64,000 nucleotides of DNA from Squalus acanthias (Eukaryota). The stretch's first letter is position 1. Each line of letters begins with the position of its first letter. Position numbers and translations under genes: made by a program. The notes under the pieces were generated by a model, which searched no databases, was not told where the DNA came from, and saw nothing but the letters and a program-made list of their open reading frames with translations. Of the stretch, positions 37,997 through 51,240 are shown piece by piece. The DNA lies in the NCBI GenBank assembly GCA_030390025.1, contig CM059443.1:28768001-28832000 (forward strand), written 5' to 3'.

Positions 37997-39944
37997 GAGC
38001 TAGAAATTGGGTACTTTAGCGCTTCCCGTTAGCGCTGTGAAGGAATAAGCCATATTCAGAAAAATACACCATTCTATGAAATAATTCTAGCCTTATTGTA
38101 ACACGACAAACTGGGCTTGAAAATCTAAAAACCTAACAATGGAGAAGCTGTAAACAGCATACAGGCTATTGAGATAAGACAAGTTGTTGACACTGAATCA
38201 ATAACCTTATTGAAACAGGAGGTTGGAGGTTCCTGATAGTCTGAAGCCTTGGAAAGAACACAATGGTACACCCTGTTAAGGTGTCTTAAATTACACTTCG
38301 GAAAGAAACACAGAAAATTAAGAAACATATGCCTTTGTAAAAATGACATCAAATGAAACACAGGAGACACGATTCTGTGTTGCAACCAGCTGAGGTAACT
38401 AAGAAGACAATGGTGCACCCGGTTGAGGTGTTTTTAAATTACACGTCATAAAAAGACACAAACAGAAGACCTTGGTAAGAATGACATCAAATAGATGCAT
38501 CTACTGTCACACCGTTTTTATGATAAGCTTCAAACACCTAAAGGTAGAGACACGATTCTTAATGTTACCAGCTGAACTGACTGTAAGAATAGCAGGGTCA
38601 GCAGAAAAATGACTAGAGATAATTAACTTACATCAGCAGAAAACTTCAAAGGACATACCACTGAGAAAGGATATAAATATTGAACTTTCAAATGGGATGA
38701 TAGTCTTGCTGTAAAGGGGCAAAGCGATTCTCAGCTTCAGAGGCAATCTCTGTAAGTCTACAACTCTTTGTACCTCGGGGATCAAGGTATTATACTGTAT
38801 TTGATTTTGGTGGATATCCTGGAATAAGACAAAGAAATGTAAAAATGTAACGAAGTTAAGATTTGAGAATAAGGATCTCTGATAATAAGAGTTGTAAGAT
38901 TTCTGTTTTTGGAACTGTTAATGTTGCGATTGAATCACCAACTGTAATTACATGTTGGTTCTTTAATAAATCAATATATTTTTAGAATTGTCTCACATAA
39001 TACTTCTGTATCAAACTCGCAAACTCAATCTCTGTACGCTCTTTGGTGAGAAGTTGCAGAATTCTGGGGGAGTTTTCCGGACCCTCATAATATCCGAAAC
39101 ATTACAGTCTAGCTAAACTTATTAAAAGTGCTATCTGGAGGACGGTAACATCTTCAGGTTGTTCCTTTCCTTTAGGGAGAGGTAGTCTGGACCTTTAGAC
39201 CCAATTAAGCGTCTTTAGAATTCGGCTACCTCAAACTTTAGTTGAAAGTGAACGTCTGGGGAATACGCCTGATCCGGGGTAGCCCTAAAGGGGCTAGGAC
39301 TAGTAATTATCCCTTCAGCGCCTCCGGGAGCACTAACGGGGCGCAAACAACATTTTGCCCGGGCGCGGCACCGCTAACGACTCCTGCTAAATTCAGCGGG
39401 AGTTTAGCGGTGGTGATAACCGGTAGCGCCCTGCTCTGCTGCACAGGTGATGACGACGTCATCACCGTGCGCAGCACTCCGTTTTTGCCCCACCTGCAAG
39501 ATTGGCCCGCACCCCCCTGAATCTGCGCCGGGCGATGACAGCGACCGATTCAGGGGGCGGGAAAAAAAAATCATCCGACTTACTCGTCGCGCCCCGTTGC
39601 GTCTTTGAATGCGGGGTCCGTGCCGCGATGTGGCAGCCCGGCACTCCTCTTGTGTGCCAGGCTAATGGCACAGCACCTGCTCCCCGGTGGTCCAGGTAGG
39701 GCCCCGCAGAGTTATGGGCTGGGCCCCTCCCCTTTAATGAGGGGAAGAGCCCTTCCATGCGGCAGCGCTACATAGCCCAGTGCGTAGCGCTGAAGAACGC
39801 CGATATTCAGGGTTAGCGCTCTAAGAAGGAAGTGGAGTGCTTGAATTAGCACTCCACCTCCCTCTTGGGGCGCTAAAACTGACATTTGCGGTCGCCGGCG
39901 CTAAAGTTAGCGTCCCAAAATGGTCGATACCAAATTTTTCCCCC
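37997..39944. mobile_element. Harbinger-type non-autonomous element interrupted by a solo LTR
   Basis: Imperfect termini GAGCTAGAAATTGG / CCAAATTTTTCCCCC with ATG on both flanks; TTAGCGC repeats run on both sides of the LTR. Confidence 0.6.
38036..39317 (+). mobile_element. Solo LTR (ERV/Gypsy type), 1282 bp
   Basis: TGTGAAGG...CCCTTCA termini, 4-bp TSD GCGC, TATAAA near 38672, AATAAA near 38965, tandem repeat in U3. Confidence 0.88.
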
Positions 39945-40299
39945 ATGGTTTCTTAAAGGGCCATACTTGTACTTGGGGACCAGGGCCCTAATCAGCCTGC
40001 GACTGACATACTGGCCCTCAATCACCCTGCTAAACTACATCTAGAAAGTAGGAAGGTCATTGCGGTTTGTGTCACCCAGTCACTGTTATCTCCTGGAGTT
40101 AACTTGATCACCTTTGGGGTTGAGTCAGAAATTTCCCAGAGCTTTTTCTAAATTGCCAGCCTTGGCTCAGTGGTTGCACTTTCATCTCTCAGTCAGAAGG
40201 TTGTGGCTTCAAGTACCACTCAAGAGAGTTAAGCATATAATCTAGGCTGACACTTCATGTTCATGACTTGAATGTAGGAAGTATGATTAATATTTTTGT

Positions 40300-43200
40300 A
40301 TATGATACAAAAATTGGCCATGCGGTTGAAAATGAAGACTAAAGCTGTAGACTGCAGGAAGATATCAATGGACTGGTCAGGTGGGCAGAACAGTGGCAAA
40401 TGGAATTCAATCCGGAGAAGTGTGAGGTAATGCATTTAGGGAGGGCTAACAAGGCAAGGGATTACACAATAAATGGTAGGACACTGAGAAGTGCAGAGGA
40501 TCAAAGGGAACTGAAGGTAGCAGGACAGGTAGATAAGGTGGTTAAGAAGGCATATGGGATGCTTGTCTTTATTAGCCAAGGCATAGAATATAAGAGCAGG
40601 GAGGTTATGCTTGAACTGTATAAAACACTAGTTAGGTCGTAGCTAGAGTACTGTGTGCACAGGAAGGATGTGATTGCACTAGAGAGGGTGCAGAGGAGAT
40701 TTACGAGGATGTAGCCTGGGCTGGGGAATGTTAGCTTTGAGGATAAGCTGGGGGTTTTTTCTTTAGAACAGAGGAGGCTGAGGGGAGACCTAATTGAGGT
40801 GTATAAAATTATGAGGGGCCTAGATAGAGTGGATAGGAACATAAGAACATAAGAAATAGGAGCAGGAGTAGGCCAATCGGCCCCTCGAGCCTGCTCCGCC
40901 ATTCAATAAGATCATGGCTGATCTGATCCTAACCGCCAATCTACTATCTACTATCACAGAACCATCTCCTGCATCTAACAGAATTGCACACATGAAATAG
41001 GAGCAGAATCAGGCTACACGGTCGCTGGGCCCGCTCCACTACCCACAGGGCCATGACCGATCCGAACCTAGACTCATGTCCAAATTCCTGCCCGCTCCCC
41101 GTAACCCTTAATGCCCTTTACTTCTAGGAAACTGTCTATTTCTGTTTTAAATTTATTTAATGATGTAGCTTCTACAGCTTTTTGTGGCAGCATATTCCAT
41201 GGACCTACCACCCTCTGAGTGAAGTAGTTCCTCCTCATCTCAGTTTTGAAAGAGCAGCCCCTTATTCTAAGACTATGTCCCCTAGTTCTAGTCTCACCCG
41301 TCATCGGGAACATCCTCCCCGCATCCACCCGATCCAACCCCTTCACAATCTTATATGTTTCAATAAGATCGCCTCTCATTCTTCTGAACTCCAATGAGTA
41401 GAGTCCCAATCTACCCAACCTCTCCTCATATGACCACCCCCTCATCCCCGGGATTAACCGAGTGAACCTTTTTTGCACTGCCTCGAGAGCAAGGATGTCT
41501 TTCCTTAAGTAAGGACACCAAAACTGTATGCAGTATTCCAGGTGCGGTCTCACCAATACCTTGTACAACTGAAGCAATACCTCCCTATTTTTATATTCTA
41601 TCCCCCTAGCAATGAAAGCCAACATTCCATTTGCCTTCTTAATCACTTGCTGCACCTGCATACTAACCTTTTGAGTTTCGTGCACCAGGACCCCCAGATC
41701 CCTTTGCACTTCAGTACTCTCCAGTTTCTTGCCATTAAGATAATAAATTGCTCTAGGATTTTTCCTGCCAAAGTGCATCACCTCACACTTTCCAGTGTTG
41801 TATTCCATCTGCCAAATCTCTGCCCACTTACTTAGCCTGTCTATGTCCCCTTGCAGGTTTTTTATGTCCTCCTCACTCACTACTTTCCCTCCCATCTTAG
41901 TATCATCTGCAAATTTTGATATGTTACACTTGGTCCCTTCCTCCAAATCGTTAATATAGATTGTAAAGAGTTGGGGACCCAGCACTGACCCCTGTGGAAC
42001 ACCACTAGTTACTGATTGCCAGTCTGAGAATGAACCATTTATCCCAACTCTTTGCTTTCTGTTAGATAGCCAATCCTCTATCCATGCCAGAATATTACCC
42101 CCAATCCCGTGATTTTTTACCTTAAGCAATAATCTTTTGTGTGGCACCTTGTCAAATGCCTTTTGGAAGTCTAAATACACCACTGGTTCCCCTTTATCCA
42201 CTCTATATGTTACTTCCTCAAAGAACTCCAGCAAATTTGTCAAACATGACTTCCCCTTCGTAAAACCATGCTAACTTTGTCCTATTAAATTATGATTATC
42301 CAAATGTCCTGTTACTGTTTCCTTAATAATGGACTCCAAAATTTTACCTACCACAGATGTTAGGCTAACCGGTCTATAGTTACCAGCCTTCTGTCTACTG
42401 CCCTTTTTAAATAAGGGTGTTACATTAGCAGTTTTCCAGTCTGCCGGGACCTTAGCGGAATCCAGGGAGTTTTGAAAAATTATTACCAATGCATCTACAA
42501 TCCCTACCGCCACTTCCTTCAAGACTCTAGGATGTAAGCCATCAGGTCCAGGTGATTTATCCGCCTTGAGTCCCATTATTTTACCGAGTACCACTTCCTT
42601 AGTGATTTTGATCGTGTTTAGCTCCTCTCCCCCTATAGCCCCCTGTTTGTCCAGTGTTGGGATATTCTTAGTGTCCTCTACTGTAAAGACTGATACAAAA
42701 TATTCATTCAGTGTTTTTGCCATCTCCATATTTCCCACCATTAATCCCGGTCTCATCCTCTAAGGGACCAACATTTACTTTAGCCACCCTTTTTCTTTTT
42801 ATATAACTATAAAAACTCTTACTATCTGTTTTTATATTTTTTGCTAATTTACTTTCATAATCTATCTTCCCTTTCTTAATCAATCTTTTTGTTATTTTTT
42901 GCTGCCTTTTAAAGTTTTCCCAATCCTCTGTCCTCCCACTAGATTTCGCTACCTTATATGCCCTTGTTTTTAGTCGAATACTATCCTTAATTTCTTTACT
43001 TAGCCACGGATGACTGTCCTTTCTTTTACACCCTTTTCTTTTCAGTGGAATATATTTTTTTTGGAAGTTGTAAAATAACTCCTTGAATGTACACCACTGA
43101 TCATGTGTCGTCTTACCCTTTAATCTATTTTCCCAATCCACTCTACTCAATTCCGCTCGCATACCTTCATAGTCTCCTTTATTCAAGCTTAGCACGCTTG

Positions 43201-44570
43201 TTTGAGATCCAACCTTCTCACCCTCTAATTGAATATGGAATTCAACCATGTTATGGTCACTCATTCCAAGGGGATCCTTTACTAGGACATTTTTAATTAA
43301 TCCTGTCTCGTTACACAGGACCAGATCTAAGGTTGCTTGCCCCCTGGTCGGTTCAGTTACATACTGCTCAAGAAACCCATCCCTAATACACTCAATGAAC
43401 TCATCCTCAAGGCAGCCCTGCTCCATTTGATTTGTCCAATTAATATGATAGTTAAAATCCCCCATAATTATAGATGTTCCCTTATTACATGCCTCAACTA
43501 TTTCCTGATTGATACTCCGTCCAACAGAGTTGCAACTGTTCGGAGGCCTATAGACTATGCCCACTAGTGTTTTTTTCCCCTTATTATTCCTTATCTCCAC
43601 CCAAACTGTTTCATTATCATGATTTTTTGACCCAATATCATTACTCTGTATTACAGTGATTCCTTCCTTTATTAACATAGCCACCCCACCTCCCCTTCCT
43701 TCCTGCCTGTCCTTCCTGATCGTTAAATAACCTGGTATGTTTAATTCCCAGGCATTGTCACCCTGCAGCCATGTTTCTGTAATGGCCACAATATCATAAC
43801 CATATGTAGTTATTTGTGCCATTAACTCGTCTATTTTGTTACGAATGCTACGTGCATTCAGATAGAGAACTTTCAAATATGCTTTGTGGCACTTAGTTCC
43901 TGCTTTTTCACTTTTTAGCACTTTACCTTTTACTCCACACACTCTGTCCCTTCCTGCCACGCTCTGGTTTGTGATTCCCCTACTGCTACCTATGTCTATG
44001 AGCCTCTCTGTTGTCATTTTTATTTTTTGCTCTCTTGAAACCTCCCCCCCACTAATTAGTTTAAAGCCCTCTCTACAGCCCTAGTTATTCGATTCGCCAG
44101 GACACTAGTCCCAGCACTGGCCAAGTGAAGTCCGTCCCAACGGAACAGCTCTCTCCTGTCCCAGACTGGTGCCAGTGTCCCAAGAAGCAAAACCCATTTT
44201 TCCCACACCACTGATCATATGTCGTCTTACCCTTTAATCTATTTTCCCAATCCACTCTACTCAATTCCGCTCGCATACCTATTTCCCTTAGCAGAAGGGG
44301 ACATAGATTTAAAGTAATTGGTCGGAGGTTTAGAGGGGATTTGAGGAGAATTTTTTTCACCCACAGGGTGGTGGGGGTCTGGAACTCACTGCCTGAAAGG
44401 GTGGTAGAGGCAGAAACCCTCATCACATTTAATAAGTACTTGGATATGCACTTGAAGTGCCCTAACCTACAAGGCTACGGACCAAGTGCTGGAAAGTGGG
44501 ATTAGGCTGGATAGCTCTTTGTCGGCCAGCACGAACAAGATGGGCCGAATGGCCTCCTTCTGTGCTGTAA
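40300..44570 (+). mobile_element. Older CR1 3' fragment (40300-40837 and 44281-44570) interrupted by a younger CR1
   Basis: MEFNPEKCEVMHLG...; sequence continues ...gtggataggaa | ctatttcccttagcag... across the insertion. Confidence 0.8.
40838..44204 (-). mobile_element. Young CR1 LINE with complete ORF2 (APE endonuclease + RT) and the 3' end of ORF1 (SGNH esterase)
   Basis: YLNARSIRNK, ITETWL, MGDFN, SDHNMV (EN); [27 protein letters not shown] (RT); one frameshift near 42750 and a TAG at 42271. ORF1 end WDRRELFRWDGLHL...RALN*. Confidence 0.95.
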
Positions 44571-44571
44571 A

Positions 44572-45872
44572 TGCGGCTGCCCTCAAATGTTTGTCACCAT
44601 CCGCCGCCTGCTTCACGACGACATGTAAGCCGTGATCCTGACCAACGGATCCACCACAGGCCCAATTCACGTATGGACCGGGGTCAAGCAAAGCTGTGTC
44701 ATTGCACCAACGCTCTTCTCGATCTTCCTGGCTGCAATGCTCCATCTCACCCTCAGTAAGCTCCCCGCTGGAGTGGAGCTAATCTACAGAACAAATGGGA
44801 TACTGTTCAACCTCCGTCGTCTCCAGTCCAGATCCAAGGTCATCCCATCCTCTGTCATCGAATTACAGTATGCAGATGACGCTTGCGTCTGCGCACACTC
44901 TGAGGCCGAACTCCAAACCATCGTCAACACCTTCACCGAAGCGTATGAGAGCATAGGCCTTGCACTAAACATCCGTAAGACAAAGGTCCTCTACCAACCT
45001 GCTCCCGCCACACAGTACTGCTCCCCGATTATCAAAATCCATGACGAGGCCTTGGACAACATGGACCACTTTCCATACCTCGGGAGCCTACTGTCAACAA
45101 GGGCAGACATCAATGACGAAGTCCAACACCGCCTTCAATGTGCCAGTGCAGCCTTCGGTCGCCTGAGGAAGAGAGTGTTTGAAGACCAGGACCTCAAACC
45201 CAGCACCAAGCTCATGGTCTACAGAGCAGTAGTGATACCCGCCCTCCTGTGTGCTTCAGAGACCTGGACCATGTGCAGCAGGCACCTCAAAGCACTGGAA
45301 AGGTACCACCAACGCTGCCTCCGCAAGATCCTGCAAATCCATTGGCGGGATAGGCGCACCAACGTCAGTGTTCTCGCTCAGGCCAACATCCCCAGCATCG
45401 AAGCTTTGACCACGCTCGATCAGCTCTGATGGACGGGCCACATTGTCCGTTTGCCCGATACAAGACTCCCAAAACAAGCGCTCTACTTAGAGCTCCGACA
45501 CAGCAAGAGAGCCCCAGGTGGGCACAGGAAACGCTTCAAAAACACCCTCAATGCCTCCTTGAAAAAGTGCAACATCCCCACCGACACCTGGAATCCCTGA
45601 TCCAAGACCGCACAAAGTGGAGGAGAAGCATCCGGGAAGGCGCTGAACACCTCGAGTCTCTTCGCCGGGAGCAAGCGAAAGCCAAGCGCAAACAGCGGAA
45701 GGAGCGCACGTCAACCCAAGCACCCCACCCACCCGCCCCTTCAACCACCGTCTGCCCCACCTATGACAGAGACTGTAGGTCCTGCATTGAACTCACAAGT
45801 CACCTGAGAACTAATTTTTAATGTGGAAGCAAGTCATCCTCGGTTCCGAGGGACTGGCTAAGAAGATGAAGA
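44572..45872 (+). mobile_element. RTE-clade LINE, second 5'-truncated copy
   Basis: Highly similar to 14975-16260; YADD intact, but stops and a frameshift are present. Confidence 0.93.
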
Positions 45873-46019
45873 AAAAATGTCTATGATTCAGCACAGTACA
45901 GAGCAAATACTGTGCTGTCGAATGAGCCATCTTTCAGGTGAGACGTTAAACTGTCTGCCCTCGCGGGTGGATGTAAAAGATCCCATGGCACTATTCCAAG
46001 AAGAGCAGGAAGGTTATCT

Positions 46020-47265
46020 TGAAAGGATTTTTATTTGTCCTAGCCCCTATGGGGCTATCCCGGATCAGGCGTATTTCTCAGATGTTCACCTTCAACTAAA
46101 GGTTGAGGTAGCCGAATCCTAAAGACGCTTAACTGGGTCTAAAGGTCCGGGCTATCTCTCCCTAAAGGAAAGGAACAACCCGAGAATGTTACCGTCCTCC
46201 AGATAGCACTTTTAATAAGTTTAGCCAGACAGTAAAGTCCCAGATATTATGAGGGTCCAGAGATTTCTTTCAGAAATTGTAATTCTTCACCAAAGAGTGT
46301 ACAAAGATTGGGTTCGCGAGTTATTGATACAGAAGACTTATATGAGACAATTCTAAAAATATATATAGATTTATTTAAAAAAAACAACATGCAATTTACA
46401 GTTGGTGAATCAGTCAATCACAACATTAACAGTTCTAAAAAGAGAAAAAATACAATCATATTCTTAACAGAGAATCTTACTTTTAAATCTTGACTTCGCT
46501 ACAGTATCACAGTTCTTAAACGTGTCTATTCAGGATATCCATCAATATCAAATTACCTTCGATCCCCGAAGTACAAAAGAGTGAAGGACTACAGAGCCGC
46601 CCCTGTAGTCGAGAATCGCTTTGCCCGATTAAAGCGAGTCTGATTTTCTCATTCGAGACTCCAATATTTATACCCCTTTTTCAGTTGTTTTTCATAAGGT
46701 TTCTGTTGATCCAAGTTAATTATCACTAATCATCTTTTAGCTGACCGACTGAAATTATTACTGCCACCTCATCAATAGCTATTGGGAGTTTACCATATGT
46801 GGGCAAAGGGCAGATGAGAATGACATGATGTAAGGTACAAGAGGTTTTAATCAAGATCATTCATCCAGGGCTGACCATTGTCTTATTTTAATAAGGTTAC
46901 CCATTCGGGGTCACCCATTCTTCTGTTTCAATAAGGTTACTTATTCAGGATCAACTACTTGACCTATTTCAATAGCCAGAATTCTTTCATAGCTATTTCA
47001 TAGTTAGGTTTCTAAATTTCCAAACCCAGTTTGTCATGTTCCAAAGAACTTATAAGGTAGAGTTCCTTATAAGGCACTCTTCAGCGTTAACCACTGTCTT
47101 ATCTCAACGAGGCCAGAATTCTTTCAGAAGGTAGGATTTCCAAATCCAGCTTGCCATGCCTTCCTTTAAAAAAGTTATACAGTTTATTTTTCTAAAAAGG
47201 CTGTAGTGTATTTATCTTATATAGTATATTTTTCTAAAAAGTTTATATAGTAGAATTCCTTCACA
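46020..47265 (-). mobile_element. Solo LTR of the same family as 38036-39317, inserted into a DeuSINE
   Basis: Reverse complement TGTGAAGGAAT...ATCCTTTCA; TSD ATCT (46016-19, 47266-69); Deu domain continues on both sides. Confidence 0.88.
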
Positions 47266-47507
47266 ATCTTGGCCAACATGTATCCCTCAACCAATACTTT
47301 CAAGGAGGTCATACAAGGTTTTTCTTTCCTTTTTATCTGTTAAGTGTGTAACCTGCTTAAGAGGGAACTGGGTTTTGGGTCCCGAGTGTAACAATCTTGA
47401 GTCAAATAATTTTAAGGCAGCCTTAATCCAGATCATAGCAGACTTTATTCACAGTATAAAACTAGCCATAACTTGACATTAATTGGCAATCTTACAGAGG
47501 TTCCATA

Positions 47508-48449
47508 GAAAGATAGAAAAATATAGAAAAATAGGAGCAGGAGTAGGCCATTCGGCCCTTCAAGCCTGCTCCACCATTCAATATGATCATGGCTGATCCT
47601 CTATCTCAATACCATATTCCCGCTCTCTCCCCATACCCCTTGATGCCTTTTGTGTCTAGAAATCTATCTATCTCCTTCTTAAATATATTCAGTGACTTGG
47701 CCTCCACAGCCTTCTGTGGTAGAGAATTCCACAGGTTCACCACCCTCTGAGTGAAGAAATTCCTCCTCATCTCAGTCCTAAATGTCCTACCCTGTATCCT
47801 GAGACTGTGACCTCTCATTCTAGACCCCCCCCAGCCAGGGGAAACATCCTCCCTGCATCCAGTCTGTCTAGCCCTGTCAGAATTTTATATGTTTCAATGA
47901 GATCCCCTCTCATTCTTCTAAACTCTAATGAATACAGGCCTAGTCGACCCAATCTCTCCTCATACGACAGTCCTGCCATCCCAGGAATCAGTCTGGTGAA
48001 CCTTCTCTGCACTCCCTCTTTGGCAAGTATATCCTTTCTTAGGTAAGGAGACCAAAACTGCACACAGTACTCCAGGTGTGGTCTCACCAAGGCCCTGTAT
48101 AACTGTAGTAAGACATCCTTGCTCCTGTACTCAAATCCTCTTGCAATGAAGGTCAACATACCATTTGCCTTCCTAACTGCTTGCTGCACCTGCATGTTTG
48201 CTTTCAATGACTGGTGTACAAGGACACCCAGGTCCCTCTGTACATCAACATTTCCCAATCTATCACCATTTAAATAATACTCTGCCTTTCTGTTTTTCCT
48301 ACCAAAATGGATAACTTCACATTTATCCATGTTATCCTGCATCTGCCATGTATTTGCCCACTCACTCGACTTGTCTAAATCGCCTTGAAGTCTCTTTGCA
48401 TCCTCCTCACAACTCACAATCCCACCTAGTTTTGTGTCGTCAGCAAACT
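47508..48449 (-). mobile_element. CR1 (HER1-like) 3' fragment
   Basis: ORFs 47815-48417 and 47606-47818, CR1 RT C-terminus and tail. Confidence 0.92.
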
Positions 48450-50080
48450 AAGTGGGGAACTAAATGTTCATATTGGAGCAGTAGGGCCTGCCCTTCTGAG
48501 GTTGTGGTTAAGACAGTGTGGTTAAAGCTTTATGGTGCAGGTAACTGCACTGTTCAACCTGGGAGTGCTTCATGACCCCTAGTAATGATATCCTTCACCT
48601 TGTTAAGTATAAAGCTTCACCTTTCCCTTCCAAATAAATTAATAATTTATTTTTCTAACTCATGAAGTACAGGGTTCAGAGGACATGATGGCTAGGATTT
48701 GACCTATTGATGCAGAAGGCATTTTAATTATGTTTTGTTTGTGGATAGATTTAGAAAAACATTTTCAGAAATAAGTTTAATCAACATTTATATGACAAGC
48801 ATTAATCAAATACTTTTTCATTTTACACCCTTATTCATTTCCTGTAATTATGTTGAAAAGATGGAATTGAAACTTGTTTATAATTTCTATCAGTAGCTAA
48901 TTTTAAAATGAGAGACATTGATGGTGTCATAAAAGTTTGAAGGAACAAAGAAACTGAAGCAAAACCTCCCTCAGCATCTGCTGCCCTCCCCACCAGCAGT
49001 ACCAACACCACCAAAAAGCTGAAACTGTATCTGACCAAACTATCTGGAGCCTCTTATTTATAAAATAAATGGTTTACTCAGCATTTCAATTCAGTTATTC
49101 AAAACTTGGGATCCAACAAAAGCTTCAAGAGCATCCTGTCAGTTCTTTGTGTGCAGGTTACCTGACACTGGTGAGCGGACACCCTCTTGACTTCGGTTTG
49201 TCTCCTTGTTGGTTGGGATAATATGTCTGATCCAGTTCTGTTTACATTTCTTCTGTGACTTGACCCCCGCACCCTCTGGTCAATGGCAAACTACAAACCT
49301 CTTGAGTTTTAAGGTGTGTTTATAAAAAGATAGGTCTGTGATGGAGGATAAAATCAGAGCAAATAATGAGGAAAGCATCATCAGAGACTTCAAACAACAC
49401 TTCATCTAAAGATGCCAGTGTCAGTTGATACTGTAATTGCTGGTGCGTTTCAAGATGTTTTCTAAGACTTGGACTCAAGTGATAGAATTTCTAAGGCAGA
49501 TTATACTGCACATCTGAAGCTGATTATGGATTCTTTGGGATAAGTTCTTCATCACAGTCATCACGGTTATCAAACTTGATCAACATAAAGGTCCGCAGCA
49601 ACCCTCTTCACTCCTTTTTGATGGCTTTTGTTCTTGGTTCATCAAATGGTTAGTTCTTCACGCTCCCTTAACTACTTATGATCACCTCTGTCCTTTTTTA
49701 AATCAGGTCAGATCTCACTTCCTTTTGAGAAGAACTTACTAGCTGTTATTCTGAGAACATACTCCAGACACTCCAAGCTCTGTTTTCTGCAGTAGCTAGT
49801 TTGCTGCCTGCCCTCTGCCTAAAGGACATATTCTGCCTGATTCGGTTTTGAATACACCAGCAGTAAGCATTCATTGCTAGTGAGGTATTTGGCTACATTA
49901 TATTGATAGCCAACATTAGTCCAGATTTTCCCGAATTACTTGATGTAAATGTGCCTTGCAGTGCATTGGTACTTCAGTAGAAAGCCACAAAAATGTTGCT
50001 TTTGAAGTTCTTGTAGAATTTTTTGGAATTTGTTGGAGAATTGTTCCACATTATTTAAATAAATATACATAGTGGAACAT

Positions 50081-50315
50081 AACAACAACTTGTATTTATA
50101 TAGCACCTTTAACATAGTAAAACGTCCCAAGGCGCTGCACAGGAGTATTTTAAGACAAAAAATTTGACACCGAGCCACATAAGGATAAATTAGGGCAAGT
50201 GACAAAAAGCTTGGTCAAAGAGGTAGGTTTGAAGGAGCGTCTTAAAGGAGGAAAGAGAGGCGGAGAGATTTAGGGAGGGAATTCCAGAGCTTAGGGCCTA
50301 GGCAACAGAAGGCAT
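50081..50315 (-). mobile_element. L2 3' fragment
   Basis: Matches 5548-5775 and 1211-1335. Confidence 0.8.
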
Positions 50316-50964
50316 TCTACAAATGTACATTATTCATCCCATTCCCAACACCTCCGATTTTTGTGCCATAAAAATTTACTTGCCCCAGTTATGCACTGGA
50401 ACTATACCAAAAAACAGCAAAGAAATTCACCCCGAATACGTTTTTAAGCTCTTGTATGTCTTTGCTACCAACTGACTTTAATAACAAAAGCGACAGATGG
50501 CACGCCATTTCCTCCGTTATTGCTAGAGACTGATTCTTTTTGTCTTTTTCTGATTGGTAATTACACAGCAGTATTTCTGCAATCTATCTACCTGCTGCAT
50601 ACAGGACTGCAGGCAACATCGAGAGACACACTAAATAATCGAGCCTGCTCAGATTGCATCTTCGAGTCTTTTAGCACCTTTTGCAAGAATGCAAAATGCC
50701 AGCGGGGAAAAAAGGTCATATCACAGGCCTTGCATTAACAAGAGGGCCCATTCATTCATTTAGATAGTTTAAAGGCTGGCCCACATTAACCACTGGTGTA
50801 TCGGGGATGCACAACATCCTCAAAATTACCATTGGGGAAGCAGATGTTCCCAGGCTTAATCTAAGTTGGTACTCATATGTAGGGTAAAAGGTAACAGTAA
50901 TGATACGTATTGTACTACCCTTTTATAGTGAACAATTATTAAAATTGAAGAAACTATATCAACG

Positions 50965-51240
50965 ATAACAGCAACTTGCATTTATATAGCGCCTTTAATG
51001 TAGTAAAATGTCCCACAGAAAATTTGACACCGAGCCATATAAGGAGCTACTAGGACAGGTGACCAAAAGCTTGGTCAAAGATGTAGGTTTTAAGAAGCAT
51101 CTTAAAGGAGGAGAGTGAGATAGGGATGCGGAGAGGTTTACGAAGGAAATTCCAGAACTTAGGACCTAGGCACCAATGGTGGAGCAATGAAAATCAGGGA
51201 TGTACAAGAGGCCAGAATTAAGGGAGCGTAGAGATCTCGG
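50965..51240 (-). mobile_element. L2 3' fragment
   Basis: Matches 5548-5850. Confidence 0.75.

Noticed and set aside
38036-47265. One large element with 1.2-kb terminal inverted repeats carrying RT cargo
   Set aside because: Each repeat has its own TG...CA ends and its own different 4-bp TSD, so they are independent solo LTRs.
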